In this document: piece by piece, positions 20,201 to 28,100 of the stretch
How positions within the stretch are numbered: the stretch's first letter is position 1
How the letters are laid out: each line of letters starts with the position of its first letter
Source: an uncultured Alphaproteobacteria bacterium
Lineage (GTDB): Bacteria > Pseudomonadota > Alphaproteobacteria > CAAHEQ01 > UBA3637
Assembly (NCBI GenBank): GCA_937906925.1
Contig: CALCTR010000029.1
Coordinates: forward strand, 12,119 to 76,118
Direction: 5' to 3'
DNA: 64,000 nucleotides
Translations under genes and position numbers: made by a program
The notes under the pieces: generated by a model
What the model saw: the letters and a program-made list of their open reading frames with translations, nothing else
Told to the model about the DNA's origin: nothing
The model's database searches: none

Positions 20201-23200
20201 TCCTCAACCGTTGTTTGACCTTTATTTTCAAGTGTTGTAACGATTGAATCTACAAGATCTATAGCTCCCGCATTTTCATTTTTCACCAAAGTGATTCTAG
20301 CATCTGTAAGCGTTGCCTCACCCGTATTTGTTAAGGATGTAATCGTATCGCCATCTGATACAAAGCTATCACTGTTTATTACAGAATCCATCTGTGTGTT
20401 TGCGGAGGTAAGAACACCCTCATTTATTACATCTTGCAAAGTGCTAGCTGTTGCTGATATCTTACCTATATTTTTAATATCACCAGATGTTGTATCTATG
20501 TTTACCCGATCTAAATTTAAAGTTCCTTTATTATTAAAAGCAGTGTATTCAAACACACTTGATATTGGTGTCTCACCTGAATTTTGAATATTAACATCCC
20601 TAAATGTTGCAGTTTTACCACTTTCTATATTGGCAACCAAACTAGCATTTTGAATAGCCAAATCATTAACAGTTAAATTGCCACTATTATTTTGCAAATC
20701 AAAAAGATTATATCCATTTGCATTGATAACAAAACCTAATCCACCTATATCTGGCTTGACAGGAAATAAAGGCATATTTGAGGGATCATCAAATTCCGGA
20801 TATGCCGCATATCCTTGAACGATTTTATTTCCACCTCCCAATACACCCAAAGAGCCATTTTTTAAATCATTTTCCGTAACGGTATAAATATTTTTACCAT
20901 TATTTTCTGCAGCTGCATTTTGGACACTAAAAACAGCTTCTCCCTCATAACGATTAGTTACACCAAGTCCTGCAGAAACAAATTTTATATCTTGATTATT
21001 ATTAACCAAAGTCATATATCCCAACTCTTTGGTTGAAAGATATTTCATATCCGTCGGAACAGAGCTCTCATCAAATACAACGTTCCCATTTAAAACATCA
21101 TAGGTATAACCAACTCCTGAATAATTTAAGCCTACCGTTCCCACATTCAACTGAACCGGTGTGTTTGTTAAACTTGTACCGGCTGTCAACGTCTTACCTA
21201 AAGCAAAATTCAAGGTACTACCTGTACCTGCCAAATTATCAAAAGAAACATTTCCCTCTAAATTTAATGAAGTATCATTAAATGTATATGTTATACCTTG
21301 ATAATTTGTATCCAAAAAATCAACAGAAGCATCATTAAAAACTAATTTATTTGTATTGCTTATTGAAGCACCCATATTTTCTATTTCATAGGAACCATTA
21401 TTAAGAGTTATAACAGCATCATCAGCATCCATGTTAAACGAATATTTATCTGACACATTTATTTTTTCTGAACCGGTATTTGTATGAGTGATTTTTCCAC
21501 CTCTCCTTACACCTGCACTATAATCTAAAGAAGCCCCCTGAGTGATAAGTTCCCCACCCTCAATAATATTTTCTCCGGTAAAAAACTTTGTACTGTCAGC
21601 GATTGTAGTACCGGAAGTTTGTATAAACGTACCTGTAAAAGAGGTGTTATCAGATGCTTTTGAAAAATCATCTAATGCTAAATAAAGCGTACCGGTACTA
21701 CTTTTTGTAATTGTACCGGAACCTGCAATACCGCCATCTACTATATATTCGCTTGCATCGGTAGATCCAGCACTCCACATTGAACCAAATGTAAGTGTTG
21801 ACCCACTTGACATATAAATATCTTTGGAATTAGCAGAAGAATTAGCCACCTGATTGCCCGTAAAACTAACACCACCTTCAATAGTTAAATCTCCAGTATT
21901 ATAGATAGCCCCTCCCTCATTGGTGGCCGTATTATTGATAAAACTTGTTGACGTTAAACCCATTCTACCGGCATTATAAATGGCACCACCATTTGTTCCA
22001 GCCGTATTATTTTCAAAAGTTGTATTCTTTATATGCATATCACCACTAGCAGCATTATAAACAGCACCACCACTCGCTTCAGCGTGATTACCCTCTGCCT
22101 CAGTATCTCCGCCAAATAATGTCTCAATTCTATCAATACCTATTTCCATGGCTCCTTCGTTATAAACAGCACCACCATTTGTTTTTGCCGTATTACCAGA
22201 AAACGTACCTTTTAAAGAAAGTCCGGACTCAGAATCCAAAATAAAAGCACCATACCCCAAAATTCTGGCTTCGCTGTTTTTACCACTATTCCAAATGGCC
22301 CCACCCGATTCTGTTGTTGCGTGGTTATTTATAAATGTAGAAGTACCCATTAAATTCATAAATTTAGTGTTATAAATTGCCCCACCGGAACTTGCTGTAT
22401 TACCTTCAAATCGTGCATCCTCATCAATTTTTACACCATAAGTATCTATATTAAAACCATCTAAAAAATCTCTTAGTGTACCTCCCTCGTTATAAATCGC
22501 CCCACCATTACCAGTAATTGATTTGTTACCATTAAAGGTTGCTATGTTCTCAAACGCGATAACTCCACCATATCTATTATAGATAGCACCGCCATTATTT
22601 GTTGATTCATTAGAACTGAAATCTACCTCGGAATCAAAAGACATAGTGCCACCAATATTATTAGCAATCGCCCCTCCAACATTGGTTGCCGTGTTAAAGA
22701 TAAAATCCACACCAGAATCAAAAGACATTGCACCATTATTATAAATCGCCCCACCATTTGAGGATGCTTTGTTAGAGGTAAATGTCGCCGTATTACCAAA
22801 CTCCATGGCTCCACTATTATAAATCGCCCCACCTCCAGATAAAGCTATGTTATTTTTAAACTCGGATGTACCTGAGAAATTAATTATAGCAGGAGCTGTT
22901 GACCCGGCATAGCTATCATTATAAATAGCACCACCAGAAGAGGCTGAGTTACCATCAAATGTTGCCTTTTTACCACTTGCAAATTCAACTAATGACATCT
23001 TATTATAAATGGCGCCACCGTCTGAACTTGAAACAACCGTATCATTTGCATCTTTTACAATTGTTGTGTTGTTTGTAAATGTTGTATTCCCTTTAAATTT
23101 AACTTCTGAACGGGCTGTTTCATATTCGCTTTGATTGGTTGTTAAATAAATTGCACCACCGCCATTGTCTGAAGTTCCTGCTGTTGTATTTGTAACTTTG

Positions 23201-24495
23201 TTTTCTTCAAACACAACATCACCATAAAATTCGGCTTTTGCACCTAATCTATTGCTTAACGCACCACCTGCAGCACCTGCTTGGTTACCCACAAATCTTA
23301 CGGTTACTGGATCTGAATCTAAGCCAACTGTTAAACTTGCTGCTGAGGCACCATTTAACACACCGCCACCCCATTGTCGTGCAGTGTTATTGCTGATTAA
23401 AAGCTCAGATCCTGCAGATATGTTTGTAACATTAACCGTTCCTTGGTTGAAAAGACCACCACCATTTTGACCGCTTGAGTTTTGACTGATGGTTGTTCCA
23501 TTTGTTATATTAAGCGTTCCTGAACGTTGATTGTTGATTCCACCGCCATTACCTGTTGCTTCGTTTTGCGTAAATTCTGCTCCGCCATTAAACGTGATGG
23601 TTCCATCATCATTATAAATCGCACCACCTACGGATGCTTCGTTAGAGGTAAATGTTGCGGTGTTAGTAAATTCAATGGTTTCATAATTATAAATCGCCCC
23701 ACCCTCGGATGCTGTGTTAGAGGTGAATTCTGCTGTGTTATCAAACGTGATGTATCCACCATTATAAATCGCCCCACCCAAGCCATCTGTTGCTTTGTTA
23801 GAGGTAAAATCTGCATCAGCATTAAAAGACATGTTTCCACCACAGGCATTACTAATCGCCCCACCAGAGCCATTTGTTGCTTTGTTTTCTGTAAATGTTG
23901 CGGTGTTAGCAAATTCAATGGTTTCATAACTATTAAAAATCGCTCCACCCTCGGATGCTGTGTTATTCTCAAATGTTGCGGTGCTACCAAACTCAATGGT
24001 TCCACCATTATCAATCGCCCCACCAACGCTGGATGCTGTGTTAGAGCTAAATGTTGCGGTGCTACTAAACGTAATGGTTCCACCACCATCATTACTAATC
24101 GCCCCACCATAGGAGGAGGATGCTGTGTTAGAGATAAAATCTGCATCGGCATTAAAAGACATGTTTCCACCACAGGCATTACTAATCGCCCCACCAGAGT
24201 AGGATGCTGTGTTAGAGATAAAATCTGCATCGGCGTTAAAAGAAATATTACCACGATTAGCAATCACCCCGCCAGACGACCCGGATGCTGTTAATCCACT
24301 GGCTGTTATAGCTTCTTCATAAGTTAAAGAAGAACCAGGACCATTATTAACAGGCTTAGTTATTGTTTCTGCTGTTGCCGGTGTAGACAAGGTAATCACA
24401 CCAAAAGCCATTAAATTTGCAAGGAAGCATTTTTTTAGAACATTTAAATACCGTTTTTTCAGTTCTCTAAGAGTGGTTCTTGAATAGTGCATCAT
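14233..24495 (-). CDS. Giant (3420 aa) type Va autotransporter adhesin-like protein with Pmp (polymorphic outer membrane protein) repeats
   Basis: AAGGAGG RBS and a long N-terminal signal-like region (MMHYSRTTLRELKKRYLNVLKKCFLANLMAFGVITLSTPATA). The first ~900 aa hold more than twenty GGAI(Y/S/F)N plus FxxN repeats. PATR-like segments (SGTLTFASGDNTNFKGTFTQ..GTT.ADST.FF) occur three times. The C-terminal ~270 aa is an alternating-hydrophobic beta-barrel ending in ...MRLKQNF. Confidence 0.92.
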   Translation of the reverse strand: MMHYSRTTLRELKKRYLNVLKKCFLANLMAFGVITLSTPATAETITKPVNNGPGSSLTYEEAITASGLTASGSSGGVIANRGNISFNADADFISNTASYSGGAISNACGGNMSFNADADFISNTASSSYGGAISNDGGGTITFSSTATFSSNTASSVGGAIDNGGTIEFGSTATFENNTASEGGAIFNSYETIEFANTATFTENKATNGSGGAISNACGGNMSFNADADFTSNKATDGLGGAIYNGGYITFDNTAEFTSNTASEGGAIYNYETIEFTNTATFTSNEASVGGAIYNDDGTITFNGGAEFTQNEATGNGGGINNQRSGTLNITNGTTISQNSSGQNGGGLFNQGTVNVTNISAGSELLISNNTARQWGGGVLNGASAASLTVGLDSDPVTVRFVGNQAGAAGGALSNRLGAKAEFYGDVVFEENKVTNTTAGTSDNGGGAIYLTTNQSEYETARSEVKFKGNTTFTNNTTIVKDANDTVVSSSDGGAIYNKMSLVEFASGKKATFDGNSASSGGAIYNDSYAGSTAPAIINFSGTSEFKNNIALSGGGAIYNSGAMEFGNTATFTSNKASSNGGAIYNNGAMSFDSGVDFIFNTATNVGGAIANNIGGTMSFDSEVDFSSNESTNNGGAIYNRYGGVIAFENIATFNGNKSITGNGGAIYNEGGTLRDFLDGFNIDTYGVKIDEDARFEGNTASSGGAIYNTKFMNLMGTSTFINNHATTESGGAIWNSGKNSEARILGYGAFILDSESGLSLKGTFSGNTAKTNGGAVYNEGAMEIGIDRIETLFGGDTEAEGNHAEASGGAVYNAASGDMHIKNTTFENNTAGTNGGAIYNAGRMGLTSTSFINNTATNEGGAIYNTGDLTIEGGVSFTGNQVANSSANSKDIYMSSGSTLTFGSMWSAGSTDASEYIVDGGIAGSGTITKSSTGTLYLALDDFSKASDNTSFTGTFIQTSGTTIADSTKFFTGENIIEGGELITQGASLDYSAGVRRGGKITHTNTGSEKINVSDKYSFNMDADDAVITLNNGSYEIENMGASISNTNKLVFNDASVDFLDTNYQGITYTFNDTSLNLEGNVSFDNLAGTGSTLNFALGKTLTAGTSLTNTPVQLNVGTVGLNYSGVGYTYDVLNGNVVFDESSVPTDMKYLSTKELGYMTLVNNNQDIKFVSAGLGVTNRYEGEAVFSVQNAAAENNGKNIYTVTENDLKNGSLGVLGGGNKIVQGYAAYPEFDDPSNMPLFPVKPDIGGLGFVINANGYNLFDLQNNSGNLTVNDLAIQNASLVANIESGKTATFRDVNIQNSGETPISSVFEYTAFNNKGTLNLDRVNIDTTSGDIKNIGKISATASTLQDVINEGVLTSANTQMDSVINSDSFVSDGDTITSLTNTGEATLTDARITLVKNENAGAIDLVDSIVTTLENKGQTTVEDGEITALSNNAGTIRLEGITTVSGLTSANGGDINISGTVALEGGVKGVGNINNSGTLTFASGDNTNFKGTFTQIGGTTTADSTNFFGGTNIIEGGKLNTRGDSLDYTATVNGGSLEHTHTGTEASLPNKITMTAGSATFKNGAYALNNMGTGGAVTFENATVALNDATYTGVEYGFKNSLVDLRNSAISATTFDSLGLENANLAFDAELKMVDGSLTMVVDTLQRTNGSGLVNLDLNRVNIINNAAVGDSGLVTSLTKQVLLGNNLTFKTPAENNAFVSTDVYQYEVSLNQDAKSIDLTAIRSADGNSLKAVNQYDGDSAFYINASEKWYDMAKQTGNIGLGETGSGKKTIQGAVDGEVKSVIDANEQSMFNVNNAGTDLLIKDLEIQGATSVLTMSKGRAELNNVVISNTKNKEGDAIISNASNNLTLNNVFIEDEKGLIQNDINGQLFVNNSKLQDITNKNYVELSSSSVDEVTNKVAFTSQNSKINKMINNSSFTSDGDEIVALENNGYWGEVTNGEIGTLINTGKAILTDTKITNTLTVDGGTATLTGRSKTVSVGGDTTVAIGAKLEATNATFQSVANSGVLASTNTQMGSVTNSDSFVSDGDTIADLTNTGVATLTDADITNTLTVSDGTVALIGDEKTATVGGNTTVATGAKLEATNATLQSVANSGVLASTNTQMGSVTNSDSFVSDGDTIADLTNTGEATLTDATITLVKNENAGAIDLVDSTVTTLENKGQTTVSNGDITALTNNDGAIRLEGMTTVSGLTSANGGDINISGTVALEGGVKGVGNINNSGTLTFASGDNKNFKGTFTQTDGTTTADSTNFFGGTNIIKGGKLNTSGDSLDYTAVATGGVITHDALGNATVNNANNISINNTGKASEVTFKNGTYTLAKDMGETGVKADTVKFDNATVQLSKGDYLGETYSFNGGNIDMQDGEYSTVQVENIAGSGTKLSIDIGLISNAQDDSFNGLTAKSDLFAVTGNNTYTFSAENANFKVVPTGFNKEDANKDNGILTSYTTQVLSGNAVFDTDYESAFNAVTNAYTYGTSIVENKTSGKLQDVQIDAVGITNGESLAHINQYDGNSNFYMTLENDGVYEMTKELGNTNVGQKLVQGASLNAADSTIDAGGFSMFNVANEATKLTVENLSIKNATSVLNISDGEAFFDNVVIKDMANPDKTNVIVNEATGSNALEYGLTLNNVRIEDEKASVYNKENGKLLVSNGSMLQGVKNEGVLVSQSSGLQELENEASFISENDTINSLINKAEATLKNDTVTTLDNTGVLISQNSVLTNVTNRSEFTSTDDKVETLTNTLNASVSGGVIKTLNNQGNASLTNTKVEMATNDNQLTVSGGEIVDFDNNSMAELKEGTIVTTLNNKGVLTSLNTVLGDVTNSSEFTSTKDKIETLTNALNATVSDGVIKTLKNTGTATLNQTMADTVVNEGVIDADKVVFDSVENKNKIVATNDLEIKNALSGTGTLAMNNAKLTVQDSFKTSNNLVSNNMIFSENIKDIEVADLTVQKQSTLDIRNIDVKAKDVVLKEDTSLKIGLNGLDDFGTLSGTNLVAKSGSQIDFELGKDFEMGLYNVVKMDNIESLPTAVHNDSHTFLDMADGRYSFISKEASEVSKHFGSDKNQTGAIMALHENLGTTNADFAKLQTELIEHLQSGNSAAVKRAVDSLDRLGGNFNPVITTIATDHFEGITGAIADNTRLTSKVKGLSGGDDVPNSSVWVKGLYNHVKNENDDGFKVQGTGFVLGVQRKVNDDLTMGIGYAYGHADVEQTGRDTVADTNTAFAFAKYQPSVWFVEGVVGYSRSQYEEDKQILSTAASATYNVDTFTAQAMLGYDLAFDFGVVTPKVGARYMDITQEAYIDSLGTHVDNNTSRYMTMLAGIDFAAPTRTIGGLKIIPQASVLFGYDVGADDVKGVNTLDNKAVYVVEGDALSPLSTALRLGVDAQLSDLTELSLEYTGAFRQSHQEHGGMMRLKQNF
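14236..15020 (-). other. Autotransporter translocator (beta-barrel) domain-coding segment
   Basis: From WVKGLYNHVKNEND to the terminal F. Shows the amphipathic beta-strand periodicity and aromatic terminus typical of autotransporter beta-domains. Confidence 0.75.
17648..18190. repeat. Direct repeat copy A (543 bp) inside the autotransporter gene
   Basis: Aligns without indels to 19883-20425 (constant offset of 2235 bp). I counted about 38 mismatches by eye. It includes a 136-nt perfectly identical run (17775-17910 = 20010-20145). Confidence 0.9.
18071..18604. repeat. Tandem 267-bp (89-codon) repeat, two full units plus a degenerate third
   Basis: Units start with gtaagcgttgcc at 18071 and 18338, and with gtgagt at 18605. 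The encoded peptide ...ATLTDADITNTLTV..G...AKLEATNAT.QSVANSGVLASTNTQMGSVTNSDSFVSDGDTIADLTNTG is repeated. Confidence 0.85.
19883..20425. repeat. Direct repeat copy B (543 bp) inside the autotransporter gene
   Basis: Partner of 17648-18190. The same-frame track ORFs 17720-17983 and 19955-20218 (plus strand) are near-identical artefacts of this repeat. Confidence 0.9.
21880..24290. repeat. Pmp-repeat coding array (~28-codon periodicity) with locally identical DNA copies
   Basis: Reiterated GGAIxN/FxxN units. One example is the 49-nt identical stretch at 23821-23869 and 24151-24199 (offset 330). Another is the 84-nt-offset copies around 24119-24245. This array generates the long spurious ORFs in other frames. 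Confidence 0.85.
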
Positions 24496-24606
24496 GGTAT
24501 GCCTCCTTTAAAAAATTAAAACTACATGTTCGGTCCTTTTGTTTAAAAAATCTTCGGAAAGAAAAACGGCCATTTTTTATGCACTCATCCCTCTTCCCAT
24601 ACTTTT

Positions 24607-24615
24607 ATTATACCA
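24607..24615 (-). promoter_or_regulatory. Candidate extended -10 promoter P1 (TGGTATAAT) for the autotransporter
   Basis: The minus strand reads TGGTATAAT about 112 nt upstream of the ATG. There is no good -35, which is consistent with the TGn extended -10 class. Confidence 0.4.
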
Positions 24616-24791
24616 CGAGTTTAGATTTTTGAGGCTAAAAAAGTTAAAAAAATATTAACATTTTTTCAAAAATAATATGTAACACACTGATTTTAAATAC
24701 TTATTTTTTGACAAAAATTAAGCATAAAATTGCCGTTTTTGTGATTTTTTATGTTTTGACAGTGCTTTTTGAGGGGATTTTGTGCGGTATT

Positions 24792-24800
24792 ATTATACCA
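24792..24800 (-). promoter_or_regulatory. Candidate extended -10 promoter P2 (TGGTATAAT) for the autotransporter
   Basis: A second identical TGGTATAAT on the minus strand, about 297 nt upstream of the ATG. It lies inside a duplicated leader segment. Confidence 0.35.
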
Positions 24801-25020
24801 AAATGGTCATTTTTTGCCCCATTTTGGCCTTTTTAGGTCGGCAAATTAATAGACTCTTTAATAAACCGATTCGTTTTTTTGAAATAATTAACTGATTTTA
24901 AATGATTTTTATTTTAAAAACAATAATAAAAAAATTGCAAAAACCCTTTAGCAGAAAAATTATTCCGATGCAACATATTTTTATCAAAAAATAAAAAAAT
25001 ATAAAAAGTTGTTTTTTTTC

Positions 25021-25049
25021 TTGACAATGAAAAATCTTTTGTATAAAAT
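25021..25049 (+). promoter_or_regulatory. Sigma70 promoter of tRNA-His
   Basis: TTGACA (25021-25026), 17-nt spacer, TAAAAT (25044-25049). The tRNA begins 16 nt downstream. Confidence 0.75.
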
Positions 25050-25064
25050 CCCTAAAGTACCGAT

Positions 25065-25142
25065 GGCGAATGTAGCTCAGTTGGTTAGAGCGCTGGTTTG
25101 TGGTACCAGATGTCGTGGGTTCGAGTCCCATCTTTCGCCCCA
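25065..25142 (+). tRNA. tRNA-His (anticodon GUG) with encoded G-1 and CCA
   Basis: Hand-folded cloverleaf. G-1 pairs with C73. The acceptor stem GCGAATG/CTTTCGC has one U-U mismatch. The D arm is GCTC/GAGC and the anticodon stem is CTGGT/ACCAG with loop TTGTGGT. The T arm is GTGGG-TTCGAGT-CCCAT, followed by 3' CCA. Confidence 0.93.
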
Positions 25143-25150
25143 TTAAAAAA

Positions 25151-25177
25151 AACGACCTTTTTAGGCCGTTTTTTTTA
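25151..25177. terminator. Bidirectional terminator shared by tRNA-His and the convergent 1040-aa gene
   Basis: AACGACC-ttttta-GGCCGTT (one mismatch), flanked by A8 and T8. The stop codon of the 1040-aa ORF lies in the T-run. Confidence 0.7.
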
Positions 25178-28100
25178 TTTTGTTCTGTCCGCACTTTTTT
25201 GCTGAACACCTAAATACAGCGCCAGTCGGCTGTCCTTATTTTTATAAATTGAAACAAAGGGGGCAATCTCTTTTTCAAAAAAAGCTAAATGAAAACTGCG
25301 TCTGTGGTGGTCATTTTCATATTGGCGCAAAATCCCCTGTCGCATCAGGTGAAACAATCGCGGATAATGTTTAAGACGGGAGTTTATCGTTTCAACCTTT
25401 AAACCCTCTTGTAAACCAAAGATGATTTTTTGCCGTTGCAATCTCTCATAAATATCCGGTCTTGTCTCCTTGTCTTGTTGCATCAGGTCATAAATCCCTT
25501 GTGTGCATTCTTTATAATAAGAATTTAAAATCAATTTCAGCGGACGACTTTGTAATAAATTCTCTTCTGGTAAATCACTCATCATTGCAATGAGTGTATC
25601 TAACAACCGCCCCTCTGCCTCTAAAGGAATTTTTTGCAACTCTTGAACCGTTACACTGGGTCTTTCTTGTTTATAATCTATAATGCTATTTTTCACATGC
25701 TCATACTGATAAGAGGAATCTATCAAAGCAGATGCCCCCTTGATTCGTTGCATCACTGTTAAATGATGTGGCGTTATATACGGCCTGAATGGTGCGTTTG
25801 TTTTATCCAAATAATTTAAAGCATCCTCAATAGAGCCTATGGATTCTAAAAGATTTTCAGCATAAGAATTATCAATAGCCTTAGCTAAATGCCAATATTC
25901 CACCTGATTGATAACACCCATCACAGATAGCATATCCACCTCGCTACAATGTGCAAAGGCACATCTTGTATCATTGCGATTTATCTCTCTATCTTTTGGC
26001 GTGGTGCAATCTTCATACAACCCTTGTACCACCTGTTTAAGCTCTGTTAATGATAAATCATTGTCTATCGGCTTGACAAGCGGTATCGGCTGAACCTTTA
26101 TACCACATAAATCTTCATCCTTTTTAAAGGTGGAACCAAAACTGTCATTAAATAAAAACTCATAATAAGAAGCCAGTTTTGTTGATCTACTCCCCACTCT
26201 TAAAAGCATCCGTGCCACGTTTGCCATAAATGCCAAATTTTTATCCTTATCATTTAGCACATTGCTGTTTGGAAACTTTTTAGCAAAATGACGGCTCATC
26301 CATTTTAATTGGGGCGTGATATTGGGATGATATTTGTTAATCGGCAATTCATCTAACTGTTTAAGCCTGTTATGATAAAGGGCATACACCATCTTTTTCC
26401 ACAGGATTTTTGCCTCTTTTAACATAGGCGTTTGTTCTACATAGTCTTGTAAAGCCACAAAAACATCACGAATAATAACTAGTTGATTTATAATCGTTTT
26501 ATTTGGCATATCCGTTCTGATACAAGGCGTTTTAACAGATAAATCCTGCACCGTCATATACTTTATACCATTAAAGTCATCTATAATTAAACCGGCAAGC
26601 TCTTTAAAATCATCCGCTAAATCAAAACTGTTTGTATCAAAATAGGTTATCAAATCCTCATACTTATCAAACCCATTGGCTATAAGATAATGATAAAGCT
26701 CCTTGACACTTGGAACTAAATCTTCAATTTCTGCCGGCGATAAACCCAAATTTAAAAGCGTTTCATTCAAATTTAAATATTGATAATCACCGGTCTCTTT
26801 ACCGCATCTATAAGCATCATAGGCTTCATCCATCTCATCAGTTATCTGCCCTTGATTCTTTTGCATATAAACATCAAAAAGCTCATCTAACTTTTCTATC
26901 CCTTTTTCTTGAAATATATCTTGTGCTAATTTTGATAAATTGTCAGCCTGATCTTTTGTAATAATCCCTAATGCAAAAAAAGTATATATATCCGGCAAAT
27001 TTGAAATACAGAAAATTTCTCTTAACTCTTCAGGCAACTCATCTATCTGCAAATAGGCATCATCTTCACCTTTTTGATGCTTGCGATAAAGATGCAGTTT
27101 TAAATCTCTATAAACGCCTTTATGATAATTTTGAGCCAGATAAACAAGGGCCTCTTCCTTAGGCAAGCCGGCTTCTACCGCTTTAAAAAAATCTGTATAA
27201 TCATCATCTCGTTCTATTTCTTCTATCAGAGGAGGCAAATCCTGATCTTTAGTATCCTCCGACTTTTCCATCCCATCTGTCAACTCATCTTCCTCATCAT
27301 TTAAAAAGGATAAATCTATTGAAAGTGGCACATTTGTCGGTTGTTTTAACTTATCCGGCAGACTCTCTTCAAACTCTTTAACCCCTCTTGACAGCCACTT
27401 TACCAAAACCTCTTTATCACCCTCATTTGGATAATTTTCAAGTACGGATTTAGATTTTTGAATAACATGATACAAAATTTGTTGCGGATTAACGGCTCGC
27501 AACACCTTGATATCCGGACAACTTAAAAACTCTATCTCTTTGACGGCATAATCAATTCTAAATGTTTGTAACTTGTTATTCTTTAAAACTGTAGCTAACT
27601 TTTTTAATGCCTCAGTTTGAGATAAAAACCGCCGTAATATGGCTATATTTAACAACCGATTTAACTCTAAACTCACAAAAGGCAGACTCTCTTGCAATAA
27701 ACATAAATTTTGCAAAATGTTATATTCCGTTTCAGACGGTGAGGTATAATCTACCCAACTTGTCGTTATAAGCCCGTCATCTATGGGTAAACAAAATCTA
27801 TTAACGTTTGTTTTAACAATTTCAAAAAGAGTGGCTGTTCTTCTAACTTCTTCAGCAATAGCAAGTGCTTTTTTAGGAATAGAGAGGATATAACCAAAAT
27901 TTTTAGCATACTCTATCACATCACCATAAGCGGGAGTCGGCATCAAAATATCTGAGACCTTAAGCCTCCTCTCTCTCATGTTAAAAGCAGCTTCGTTAAT
28001 AAAAGCTTTTGCCTGAACATTCCTTAATTTTTTTTGAAAGGTCAAAAAAGTATCTAAATCCGATTTTGTACAGCACCCTAACCATGAAACAATCCGCGGA

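Noticed and set aside
21880-24290. Regular ~84-bp periodic repeats that could look like a CRISPR array
   Set aside because: The repeats are contiguous, with no unique spacers. They are degenerate at the DNA level and translate in frame into GGAIxN/FxxN Pmp units of one continuous ORF. No cas genes are present.
23527-24294. Long ORFs on the plus strand (23527-24294, 255 aa) and in another minus frame (23628-24263, 211 aa), plus the twin plus-strand ORFs at 17720-17983 and 19955-20218
   Set aside because: They lie wholly inside the 3420-aa autotransporter ORF. They have repetitive Cys/Arg/Thr-rich or Pro/Leu-rich nonsense composition and exist only because the underlying repeat lacks stops in several frames. 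The twin ORFs simply mirror the 543-bp direct repeat.
24708-24760. Two plus-strand TTGACA hexamers in the autotransporter leader as promoters of a hidden plus-strand gene or sRNA
   Set aside because: Neither has a -10 element at 16-18 nt spacing. No downstream ORF, hairpin or terminator defines a transcript before the tRNA-His promoter.
24898-25209. 103-aa minus-strand ORF in the long intergenic region
   Set aside because: It runs antisense through tRNA-His and its promoter and terminator. It is low-complexity (F/K/I-rich) and has no RBS.
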